Positions 36,309 through 49,026 of a stretch of DNA of 64,000 nucleotides are shown piece by piece. Made by a program: the position numbers and the translations under genes. The DNA comes from Lingula anatina (Eukaryota; Animalia; Brachiopoda), in NCBI GenBank assembly GCA_051362555.1, contig CM120649.1, forward strand, positions 14,446,001 through 14,510,000. Direction: 5' to 3'. How positions within the stretch are numbered: position 1 is the first letter of the stretch; every line of letters begins with the position of its first letter. The notes below the pieces were generated by a model, which was given only the letters and a program-made list of their open reading frames with translations, did not search any database and was not told the origin of the DNA.

Positions 36309-36648
36309 TCTGAAAACTACGTCACAAAGTCTGACCTACCAAAAGTGACGAGGACAGACCAAGGTATCAACCATTACTTCATCATCTATAATATAAAGAG
36401 CAAACAAACACCTTGTTCAGTACATATTATGGTTACGCCTCCCCAGGCATCTGACGGTTACGACGGCAGCCACACACCAGTGCGTGCTGGTGATTAGTCA
36501 CTCATGGAGTGTGTACTGAGCAAACTGAGACGACAAATCTTCACACACGCCTATCCGCCACACCCTGCCACAGAAGTCATATTTATCCCTATCTGTACAT
36601 GGATGTCACTTGGATATAATAAAATTAATATCTGACTATATGCAGCCT

Positions 36649-36699
<51 letters not shown>

Positions 36700-37763
36700 A
36701 AGAGAAACTCTTAAATAAGCCAGTAAAAGGGGCAATGAACTTTAACAATAAACCATGGCACACAAATCATACATGTCAAAAAAAAAAAATAATAATAATA
36801 ACAATAAATAAAAAATAATAATAATTCCACCTCCAATGTACCCCAGTGGACCTTTAGATAACCAGAATCTAACAATTTTTGAAGCAAAAAGCAGACATAG
36901 CATCCAGCAATTAAAGAAATTAAGAAAAATTTTCATTGCTCAACTACAGTTTTATTTAGACAAATAACCCTATGGCTGTAAACTGTGTTAATGTTGCATG
37001 CTGATATCTTATCAGAGCTCTCCAAAACCAAATACTGCACAAGGAAGTTTATAACACGTAGCTCATAAAACAATCAATCTCTCGCTGTATAAAGAAACAG
37101 CTGACATAATCCAAAAAAACACATAACAAGCAGAGTATTGTAGATCCTTGTAGCCTTGTAATAATTAGAATGCTGGGGGCACTTGTAAAACATGTTCCCA
37201 CACACCAGCTTGCTGGTATTGTGTATATGCAGATGGGAAGATAATGAAGCTGTGTGCTTTAAATAACATTGTTTGCTTGAAACTTGCTCCCTTTAATATC
37301 AAAGAACAAGTTTTTTTTTTTTTTTTAACCACTGGCCCCATGCCAAATGCTAGTAAAACTGGGCTCTGTAACTCGAAAGCATGGCATATTGCGAATAGCC
37401 ATATCACACAGAGGCTACAATGTATTATATGGGACGAGTATGGGCGAGTTATGGAATTGAGATGCTTGCGCTCGGTCGCAATGCATGATGCCTTCGAGTT
37501 ACGGGGCCCTGAAAACTTAGCCCCCCCAAATCTTCACCTCAGATACAAGTTTACTAGCCTAGGTACGCCTGACATGACATATACTGAAATTAACTTTTTT
37601 TTTACTAAGTTTAGTAATTGCTGTTTTAGGTAAATATTATCAAATATCACACATCATCATAGCATTTCACGGAGTTTTAAAATGCCGTTAATTTTCAAGC
37701 TTATCTGTATCAAAATCTTCCAACTGCCAAATAAAAGTGTTCAAACAGCTGAGTACACTGTAT

Positions 37764-37876
37764 TTAAACTAAAATCACATCTTTTTCTGAGTCTTCATCC
37801 ACACAGAACTATTTACTAGAACTTAAACTAAAATCACATCTTTTTCTGAGTCTTCATCCACACAACACTATTTACT
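37764..37876. repeat. Direct tandem duplication, 59-bp period x2
   Basis: ttaaactaaaatcacatctttttctgagtcttcatccacaca occurs twice. Confidence 0.9.
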
Positions 37877-40634
37877 TGTGCACCTTACTCAACATAAGGC
37901 ATATTCAACAGGCCCTTACCTATAGGCCACTGAATGAGTGTCAACATTTAGTTCAGTCATATCTCATATTTTCACCTGTTCATCTTCAGATAATTATATG
38001 GCCACAGGTTATAAGCACACCCCTCCCTTTTTTGCCTTTGTAATGTTACCTGTTTTTTTTTACTGTACAAATCTACTTCTTTACAACAAAAATTCTGCCT
38101 GACACATAACAATGGAGCCCTACCATTCGATCCCACTCAATAAATTTCTCTTCTTCAATCTTAATCATCCATTTTGTCAAAATAAAACTATTTAAATTTG
38201 ATCCCTTCTTTGTCAAACTGTCTTAGACTGATTAAAAAGTCAAAATTTCATTAAAAACTTAAAACTTGAGACAGTTAAGAAGAAATAAAATTCATCCTGA
38301 AATGGACCCCACCCTTTATACTGAGTGGCCAACCCACGACTGAACACAATCAATAACATAAGCTATATTGTTACCTACTGCTGTGGCAGGCAAATAACAA
38401 AGGACTACTCTTCCCCTCAATTTATACATTTCGCTGCATAATATGCTGTATGGTTCTATATTTAGACAAGGGGGCGGGCATGTCACGCCCATTATAAAGC
38501 TTGTACCACCTAAAAATCATTATCGTAATATAAAACATCTATAATAAAACCTGCTCTGTTTTTTAGACTGGGCAGAGTTCCCTCCCATTTGTACTCAGTG
38601 TGCACAATAACAAAGGAATGCCAGTGCTATTAAATTATGAGGCAGTGCTGACACAAAATGAAGTCTTCTAGTACGTGTTAAAAGATTTAAGTGCATTATT
38701 CAAGGAATGCATCTTCATGTTCCCCATTTCAGTGCTGTAATAATATTCACCATGACATAATATTTAATATAACAGTAACTATATTCGGCACTTCATGATT
38801 TAGCTAAAATCTATAATTTAAATCTAAGAGTAAAATGATGTTTGGTTATCGTGACAGCTCACTATCATTCAAACACTGTCAAAATCAACCAGCTGTTAGA
38901 TATTGAATCAATAAAATATATTCACCACACCTCTGCAGTTGTCCATTGTAAATTAACTTTTTTTTTGGTGCAGTTACCACTTTGTAAACTGGTCAGGTTT
39001 CAATTTATATTTAAAGCATAAAGACAAATCATGGTATTTCATGGCCTGGTATGTTTGCATGCAAAAAATATAAATAAATTCATTGATTTATGAATAAATA
39101 ATTAAGGGCTTTCTTTATACTTTAAAGGCACTGATATTTGCTGGCAATAAAGTGACTACGTGAGTGTAGCCAGAAGCGTTTCAGAGAATCACTAATAATT
39201 CTTAGCTTCTCACTGTTGTTACTTTGTCATTCTCCATCAATGTAATTGTTCTGTATCTACCTCTTCATTTGAAACGGAGCCTTGGAAGTGAACCAATAAG
39301 CTGTTCAGTTACCAAGATTTTCATTAAATGGTACCCCAACAACAGCCTTTTTACTGAAAATTTCTACAGTAAATCTGACTGATTCAAGAAATTCTAACCA
39401 GTTTCCTCCTCTAACAAACAACATATGAGCTCTTTCACTCAACTACGATCTGTTCAATGAAAACTCTTGGATGTCACACAACAGCTTTCCTTTCAACCCA
39501 CTTCAGGAATAACTGACCTTTTGATGAGGACATGATCAATGATTTCTGTTATGTGAATATTCCTATCCATTGTGTGTTATTCAGATGGCAGAAAAAAAAA
39601 AGAAATAACTTGAATCTGCAGTCTTTTGATCAAAGATAAAACAAATCTCTGAACTCTTTTTGTGGGACAAAACACTGTATAACTAGTAGTCTACAGCATG
39701 CCTAAGGCCCTATAAGAATCGATTCCAATATAAAATCTTGCTATTCTATGATTCTACAGAAAAAAAAAAAGTTCATGTCTGATAGATCTTCTCTTAGGGA
39801 CCATTCCCACAGATATTTGGATCAATCTATCTCCCTGGGGATTCGCACCATATTGCAATCAACTTAACTGGCTTAAATGTCTATCACGCCTAGTAAAGCT
39901 GTTAGGGGGTAATTACAGATCTTTACCCCCTAGCTGATTTGGCATGGGGACCCAGTCTTAGTGGATTCTGTTATATTGAAACAATACTAAATTTCTACTA
40001 AAGCCCCCTCCCCTTACAAAGACGTTCCTTCTGCCCACCATGATACACAAGTCGGTCCTTACACTTCTGGGAATAGAAATGTTGGCTTTCTCCTCCCAGA
40101 AAATGAACCTAAACCAGCTTCGTGTTAAAGAAGTGGTAAAAAAAATCTAATACAGCTCAATCAAACTAAAGCTTCAAGAGCCACATAATCACCAGACTTA
40201 TAAATCTGATATTAACCTGCCCAATGCCAGAGGCTATCAACAATTTCTGCACTAAGTAGCACAGTCCCATACAGAATGTCAGTGTAAGGTAGAAATACTA
40301 CAAAAACTTACGCTGTACACAACAAAAATATCGTCACCCTAGAGATCCATGCATACTGACTGGTCCCTAGTAAATACTATTACATGTCCACACTGGACAG
40401 ACATCTGCAAAATAGCCACTTCGCATGAGCCAAGAGATTATCCACGTGGATATGTATATGCAGATATCAACTGACCTATATTCTAAAATGTAAAATACAT
40501 TTATATAATCTCTAGCGCACTAATACTGTGGGGTCCTATGATGCTGAACAGTGCACTGCAAAATAAATGGGATAATCATAAATATGTGAGTTATTGAATT
40601 TGTTTATTTAGCTGCTAGCAGCCTATGGCCTCTT

Positions 40635-40673
<39 letters not shown>

Positions 40674-42296
40674 TGTGTTCATGTGTGTGTGCGCACGTGT
40701 GCACATGTGCATGCAGACATGAGATGCACGCACAGTAAAAAAATAATACGAATTACACTACTGCTAAACCCCCAGTTCACAGAGTGCCTGGAAAGCTTCA
40801 ATGGGGACTCATCAGACTGTGTTATTAAATAAACATGATGTATAGCCAGTAATTTCCTGGTGTTAGATTCATCGTGACTCCTGGAGGTTGGAAAAAAAGT
40901 CCTATTAAATCCCTGGCCTTCATGGCGGAAATTAAGATGTTCTATCATTCTGACACATGATAACAGCATGTTGCATTTGAGAAGGTTGTACTAGTGCCAG
41001 TGAATGATAGAATTCTGATTTTTCATCTCAATTTCAGAAACAGGCATAAACATAAAAGTATGTACTAGTACTTACTATGAATAAAATGGACAATTGTTCA
41101 GAGATCAATAAAATTTTGTTTGCCTTCTTTGAAGCGCAGTTATATCAAGAGTAAATAAATACATAAATAATTAAAGAGAAAATAAAATAAAAAAACATTT
41201 AGCCAATAATTATATAAAGAAAGACAAAAGATTTTTATAGTCTGCTCACATCACAGCATGCAATGGGCAGCTGGCTTACTGAACACGCTTATCTTGCATG
41301 TTCCGAGATAATTATATTTGTCTTCTCCATATCAAGCCATCGTGTTAAAAACCAAAGTTCACTTAGTATGAATATATAAACATGAAAGAGTTTCTTGGAA
41401 CTATATTCATGAGGATTCATGAACAGTATTCATGAGCAAGTAAATTCAAATACATACAAGTATTTATCTTTGGTCTGATGGCTTTTTGGGGGGCTGGTTT
41501 GGGAGAGCTAATGAAATAATCAATTACATTTCGATGATGCCTGGTCATGTTCTGATATTCATTACAGCTCTCAAGAGTCCCACCATTACATTAAGCAGAT
41601 AATTGCTAATTAATACAGAGATAGCAACGATATCTACATGCTGACATATGGATGAAGATGGTGGATCCTACCTACGAAAGATATCAAATTGAATTTTAAT
41701 AAATCTTGATAGTTACTTCGTAACTTGGATAATCTTGCATCAAGTTCCTTTATCAAACTTTGATATGGAAGTAAATATTTGTCAATTTACTAACGATATT
41801 TCAGTGATGAAGATGTTTAAGAAATGTTTTAATTATTTTGAGATTTGAACTCCTTGAACCCATCGCAATGCACCTCAGGTTTTTCTTTTTTTTAACAACA
41901 CCCCGTACACAAGCACTACAAATGAATTGAACCCCCTTGTAATTTGATAGCTCCCAGGTTCACCATAAAAAGAAAAAAAAAAAAAAAAGATAATCCAACT
42001 CGAAATTTGATACAGCTTAAGGATACAATACTTGTAGGAGAGTTCCATAAGGAAATGACAGGCAGCATACAGTGGAAATGACAACCAGACAACTTAACAC
42101 GATGGACAGCCATTGGGATATAAAAATGAAATATTAGCCTGAGGTTAAAGGCTTTGACGACCATATTTGATGCCTGGTAATAAACATGAAACTGCATTTA
42201 ACCATTAGAAGATCTAGTGCATTTGTGGTGTGATTGCTCACTAAGGTTCAATAGTAAGTACTGTACTCCCTTCCTTTTGCTCTTCCTCTCCTGCAT

Positions 42297-42299
<3 letters not shown>

Positions 42300-42343
<44 letters not shown>

Positions 42344-42761
42344 AACCTTTTCCCTGTCTGACATCCCTTCTTTCTTTATTTCTTTGCCTTCTTCATCAGT
42401 TCCCTTCCTCTCCTCTCTTGCAAACTTTCCTACTCTTACCTCTCTTCTCTACCTCCCACCCAATAACCTTCCATCTCCCCCTCTCTCCCCCCCTCTCTCT
42501 CTCTCTCTCTTTCTCTCTCTCAATCCTACCTCCAGTCTTCACCCCTCCTGTAATCTCTATCAGCATACCTGTCATGCATGATGGGCCCACACCTACAATG
42601 ACTGAGATAGGGCATTGAACTAGATACCTGATTCACTGAAGGGAACAATTCACCAAGATAACAATCAACTGAGAGAGAGACCACTGCTGGGCTACAGGTG
42701 TGTACAGCCCATACTGCCTGTATGTGACTTAACAAGGGTCTTATATATGTATGTATGTATG

Positions 42762-42832
<71 letters not shown>

Positions 42833-43020
42833 AAATATCGGGTTTAAGGGGTATTGGGAATAAAATATTAATAAGTGAGTGAGTATATGAATAAATTATT
42901 GAATGAATGGATGAAGTAAGAAAGGAAAAAGAAAGAAAGGAAAGAGAGAAGGGAGGGAGGATGAAAAAGGAAAGGAAGGAAGAAAGAAAGGAAGGAAGGA
43001 AGAGAAGGAAAGGAAGGATG
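42300..43020. repeat. Simple-repeat cluster: (CT)n, (TA)n and purine-rich (GGAA)-type tracts
   Basis: Seen directly; many other (AAAT)n, (AAT)n, (GT)n and (TA)n tracts occur throughout the window. Confidence 0.9.
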
Positions 43021-45719
43021 ACAGGAAATAATTCATAAATAAATAAAAACAGCCATGGAGCTAAAATTACTAGGGTCTCTGAATAACACCATTCTAATAT
43101 CGTTTGGCACAAGTTATCTCTCTATAATATCACAACAGTAGCAGAGTAATGACAGGGCAGTAAAGTGAGAGAGCTATCAACCTACCTGGGCTACAAGGGG
43201 CCATGGGGTCACATCAGTTTATATCACCTGTGGCTGACCAAAGAAAATGTCAGACCAGGATTTGGGAGGGATTTCTGGCATAAATCAAACTGACTGCAAA
43301 GTTTCCATGTTATTAACATATGGGGATGGTCCAAATGAATAAAATATAACAACATAAAAGATTATCTTTTAAAAGCATTTTAGCATATTGTTTGTAGTAT
43401 GAAAAATGCATGGCTTCATAAGAAAAATCGCTCTGTACATGACTTATTGCAAATTTTAGAGACACTTTACTCTTTTCCTGATGTCTAATGCCTTTCCTGA
43501 TCCACCATCTTCCAACCTAATTCTTCCAACCCCACAACCTTGAAAAAGTTTAACCCCCCCCCAAAAAAAAAAATAATAATAATAATAATAAATAAAAAAA
43601 CTTGGGTCTTTTAAAGTTAAGACTGACTTTCAACTCCAGATTAAAACACTTTAAGGTGAGCAGACTTTTAGTCACAGTGGCCATCTTAGTCATCATTTCA
43701 ATTGCTGAGAGCCTGTGGACTTAGCATTATATTTAATAATATCACGTGATATAAAATCACATTCCCCTGTGCAATGGCTTATACTGGATTATATAACCCA
43801 TAAGGTTAGGAATTCTTTACACTAGGTACACTGGCTTTTCACTAGCCAATAGGTGTGATATTGATATAAATACAGCAACCTAAGCATTCAAGTCTCGTGT
43901 AAAATCACTCCTCTGCCTTGTTTAGGGCTTTATAAGATTTATGACATTTTATTATTTCAGTGTTCTTAATTCAATTATGAATACCAAACTTATTATGTCA
44001 CTCTTATACATGATATACATAAATAACATGTATATGAAACAGTTCACGAATAAAACTACATTAAATACTGAATTAATATATATAATCTAATTATTAGGTT
44101 TATTAAGCAGCCATATGGTGGTGTCATTTAGATCCTAACCAGCTCTGGTTCAAGTCTGTATCAGCACTTACACTTTATCCCAAATGACACGATGATGACA
44201 CAACCTTGTGTTAGAAGACAAATACAAATCAAAAATGCAATTTTATCAATATTCTTTTAATAAAATATCTTAATATGACCAAAAACATACATCTCTTTGA
44301 CTGTAATAAATTTTTGCTGGATTAAGCTCTAGGTGAAAATATATTACATATTTATATGATCATAAACCATATAAATTTACATGACAAGTTGCTCCTATTA
44401 TTCTTATGACATACATGGCCATTAAAGGAGGTATCAGTCTTAGCTGATATTAGATAATAAGTGCTTTTATAGTAAAAATGAAACCAAACTGCAAAGACAG
44501 AGTTAAAGAGTTAACCAGAGTTATAGAGTTTGAACAGGTGGTAGCAGGAATGTGATCCTCACATACACTTTGCATTATATAAATATAAATACAGAAATGG
44601 AAGGTACATGCATGTTTCACTTTCCACAGTTTATAATTCCATTTATAATTTCTACATATTGACTACACTGATAAGGTTAACCCTTGGACACTAGTCTACA
44701 CGTTGGGTGTGGTTTACTTCTTGAAATACTACTAACTAATGTTATAGATGTTCATCTAATAAGAAAACAAGAAATTACTTTTTTTTTGTGTCACAAAGTT
44801 ACTATGCATCTAAATATAATAAAAACAACTAGATTTATAATATCAGTATAAATATAATTCCTCCTGTCAAAGAGAATCATTATTAGTGAGGCAAAAGCAT
44901 CAACATCCACCCTCTCATATATATGTGTAGCCAGACACTAATTTGGTACAGGGCGTGTACAAAGTTATGCAATACTATAATTACAGACTGTAGCCACAGA
45001 GAACAGCAGGGAGATATATTCAATTATTCATTGTTGTGCAACTGTCACTAATCAGCCCTTGCTGTGCCTGATTCTGTGCTGTGACTAGCTTAATCTGAGA
45101 TCTCATGGAATTCATGTACAACTTAAAAAAAAAAACAAAGCAAGCCAAACCACAAGTGCATATTACATGTAAACAATAAATGATTTTTAGATCAAGAATA
45201 ATATACTTTAAAAAGGTATCATTATTCTTTGAGAGGGTGGGTGGGGAGCAGTATAAAATGCATATATATCATGGTCCATGGAGAGTACAAATAATTCAGT
45301 ACACATAATGCCAGCGGGTATATGGACTATAAAATATGTCGCTACCCCCCCCCCCCCCCACATCCTCTATATTTTCTCCTTAGCATACTTCTCTTACTAG
45401 TAAATGTTTTTAAAAAGCAAGAGAGATAAGCGTCAGACTTTGCCCTAAATAACTATAAGTAGGACATTTAAGGAGGGGGTCCGGACTTGGGAGATAATGC
45501 CAAGGCACACCAGCAGATGCCCACCCAACTGGGACATAAAAACAAGCAATCAATCAACACAAAAAATCAATAATTGGCTACATTCCTCACGTTACACAAA
45601 CTGTCTGGGTTGACAATATCAATGCTTTGAATGTAGCTGCTCGGTGCTGGGCCACTGCTAGCTGTTACATATACAGGGTATAAACGTATGAAGATGATGG
45701 ATGAAAATGACACACTTGT

Positions 45720-46420
45720 TCTCTTCGCTCACCCTCACCTTTGCCAATCTCGTCTCGCCCTGCGCCTTCAAACACTCGAGTGGAAATCCACAAATTTAAA
45801 TTGACACTCTGGCTTCGCAGTGACAAACAGCGCAACCGTGCTATATCCTTGCTTTAGATAGACAATGAACTATCCGCCACGCGTTTAAGGCTTAATAAAC
45901 GCTCGTCAAATTATCATATGATACCCATTCATTAATGACGATGTCCCTCGTCTGTCACCTCAAAGAAAAATGGCGGTCGCCGGTTGACAATGCTAAACAG
46001 GTGCGCTAAAAGTTGGAATAAAGTTTTTAAGGCTGTAAAACCAACGCTTACCTTCAATAAAAGGTGTAGGTCTTCCTCGCGGGTCTTTCTTTTAGAGGAA
46101 TGTTAAACTTAAGTGACTTCTTTCTCACACAAAGTGGCGGGTCACACCCTAAATGTCACCAAACTGGTGGAGATGTGCACAAACCTGAATGACGTCACCG
46201 GATGTTGTGCACCTCGCCCAGGTGGCGCTGAAATACGAACACCTGTGGGATAGCTGAGTGCTGCGGCAGCTTATCACCGGGAGAAATGGGATGAAATAAT
46301 AATAACGTGATTTATAAGAGAAGACGGGACAGGTAAAATGTTATTTAAGATAGTTCTTAGATAGTGTATTATTGCCAAAACGCAAGATTCCATGCGTAGA
46401 CCTACGGTGTCAGGTTGGGT
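45720..46420. promoter_or_regulatory. CpG-rich bidirectional promoter between myosin VIIa (-) and the membrane protein gene (+)
   Basis: CpG enrichment, YY1 motif AAAATGGCGG (~45967), CRE TGACGTCA (~46190), donors on both strands. Confidence 0.65.
45739..45950 (-). other. Probable non-coding first exon of myosin VIIa (5' end approximate); a second strong donor AAG|GTAAGC ends another candidate exon at 46052
   Basis: Donor AAG|GTGAGG at the edge of a CpG island; the MVILAK exon has an acceptor and therefore needs an upstream exon. Confidence 0.6.
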
Positions 46421-47831
46421 TTGAATGGGAATTGTAAGAGGAGTGAAACTTACTCGAATTAGATAGAGTCCACACATTATTATTATTATTTGTAGGTAAG
46501 CTAGAGACTTGAATTAAGTTTTAGTGACACTAATTTTTTTTTTTTTTTTTTTAGCCAAAACGGAGCCAGAAGTGCAATATGGGAATATATGTGCAATATG
46601 GGAAATACAAATTGATACACTGTATCTTCCACAGTGTATCAGTAGAGCTTCACCTTCTAACATTGGCTGAATGGGGAACCAGAGGGAGGAGTGGGGGGGG
46701 GGGGGGGGGGGGGGGGGTAAAAAATTACAAAAAATGTGTTTCCCCAAATTTCCACAAAAATCTGACATGCTATAGTGAAAACTTAAGTCCTTGTTCTAAT
46801 ACATGGCATATTAATGGTCTTGCCACCCTTGCCAACTTAAAAAATATCTAGAAATTTTCCCCTTGAAAAAATTTTCACTTTCAACTTTTTCTAGATTGTG
46901 GAAATTAGCATTGGCCATATGTAGTACTTCTATAGCTGTTCTTAGTTATATTTCAACACGGGTTCAATTCCCATTATTTGCAGTAGTTGTATAGCAGTAT
47001 GCAATGTAAAAGTGGGTAGAGATCCAGGCCTGTAGCCATTGGCACTGTATGCTTAATTGGGTTGAGTGACTTGATGTTACTTCTCTTTCTGACAGTATGG
47101 GTCTCCAACTCTGCTTTGTAATTAAAAAGCATTCTTATCCACTCCAATGTTTATCTAGTGTACCTTTGAAAGAATTTAGTGATTTAGCATTCATGGTAAA
47201 CGTTCTTGAAATAATTCAACATTTATTCATTATGGAATATTAATTCTGAATAATTTGAAAACTAGCTAAGAAGGTTAAAATGAATGAATGGAATGAATAT
47301 TAATCACATTTTAATCTTCATAGCAAACAAGTAGAAAATTCATGTTGTGGTCAAAACTGCAAGAAACAATAAGATTGCCTCTTTTGGCTGTGTTAGAGAA
47401 GCTGGAAGGCAATGATGTGGTAGAGAAGATTTAAGTGTTGTACATACAATCCAAATACAATCAGGTAGTATCATTCGTGATACACAAAAAAAATGTCATA
47501 CTATGTCAGATATTTTCAAAATCTCATACAGAGCTACTTAAAAATGTATTTAAGTCAGAAGTCAGTAACATTATGCATTTTTAAGGGTCCCATCACATCT
47601 GGTCCTTAATTCTAAAGAGAGGGCTGTGCCACATCTTGAATTTGTAATAAGTATTTACATGTTTAATACACTGATACATAGGGTTAATCTTTAACATGGA
47701 GTTGACTTGAAGAGGGTGAGGTAAAGGACTCTGTAAATATACAGCCTGCAGTGCAGTAGTAGGTTGCTGGCCAAGATTACAATTTAAGACTTAATGATTA
47801 AGCAAATATTGCCAAGTTTCTAAGGACTCAG

Positions 47832-48006
47832 CAGCCCCGTAGCGAGCAATTTCAGAGGGGGGTTCGTTTTCTGAAAAAGTGGACCTTTTACCATAAAATC
47901 CTCAAGTACATAGATCAAATTTTACCCAGAGTGGACCTTTTCCCAGCAAAAAGGGTGGTTCTTTCGAACCCCCCGACCCCCCCCCCCCCCCCCGGCTACG
48001 GGCCTG
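47832..48006. mobile_element. MITE-like element with TIRs CAG(C/G)CCCGTAGC and 5-bp TSD CTCAG
   Basis: TIR and TSD visible; related copies at 62958-63125 (inverted) and ~22025-22160. Confidence 0.85.
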
Positions 48007-48065
48007 CTCAGTAACAAATAGAAGCTAGAGTTGAGAGAAGAGTTTCATTAGCTCTGTATGTATCA

Positions 48066-48176
48066 ATTTAAATTATTGTTTTTCTTTTTATCAAGAGCTT
48101 ATAAAATATGTAGGTTTTACTGTAAAACCTACATATTTTATAAGCTCTTGATAAAAAGAAAAACAATAATTTAAAT
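48066..48176. repeat. Perfect inverted repeat, 55-bp arms, 1-nt spacer
   Basis: Arms 48066-48120 and 48122-48176 are exact reverse complements. Confidence 0.97.
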
Positions 48177-48895
48177 AGAAGCTAGAGTGTTTTCTATTTT
48201 CTATATGGCACAGTGCATATGTAATTGCTCTTAAATGTCTTCGTTTAACATTTTTTTAAAAATGTGTTTCTTTTGGTCCAAAGCCCAATCTGTGCCAAAT
48301 TAGTAAAAAAGTCTGCTTTGTTCTTTGGGACTCTAGAGTTTAAGAATCACTTGGTCCAAAGCAGGAACTATCCAAATTTTTTGAAGAGTATTAATGAAAA
48401 TTCTTTAAATTTCCAGAAAAAAATTTTTTTGCCAATATAAATGTTTGATTCTCTTTATGTGAATTAGAGGAATGGGACATAACTTTATTTGCCTTTTTTT
48501 TCTTAAAAAACAGTTGACTCTGCTGTCATATCTTTTATCAGTTTTCATCATCATATTATTATTTTTAGATTTATATATATATATATATATAAATGCGACT
48601 GTGCTAATTATGTGCCATGCAAAATCAAATATGTGGCTATAGATCTATAGGCTCTGTAAACTTTGTGCTAGAAAGGAATAAGATAATTATCATTATTGTA
48701 ACATGAAACACATCTTTCCCAGCCACCAGGTGTCTGTACATGGGACAGACAGAGATGTGCTTTGCATGATAAAAAGCACAGTTAGTCTTAAAGGGAAAAC
48801 AACACAAAATGAGATCAAGGTCATATGCTTGTTGTATTTTTTCTTTTCAGCTCCAATATGTAAAGCTCAGACATTCACAATCGTTATCATAAAAG

Positions 48896-49026
48896 ATGTC
48901 ATTGAACTATCCCCCACCAGACTGTATGGACTGTCCACCAGGTGTGGTCACTGATTGTCCACTCCTCTTTCCTGTGTGCCCAGAGTCACTGGGAGCGGAC
49001 GAGGACTGCCCTCTGCTGGACTCTGG
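48896..49026 (+). CDS. Membrane protein coding exon 1 (MSLNYPPPDC...CPLLDS; Cys/Pro-rich)
   Basis: Acceptor at 48850, AAGATGT start, donor GG|GTGAGT, phase 2 matches the 55178 exon. Confidence 0.7.
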
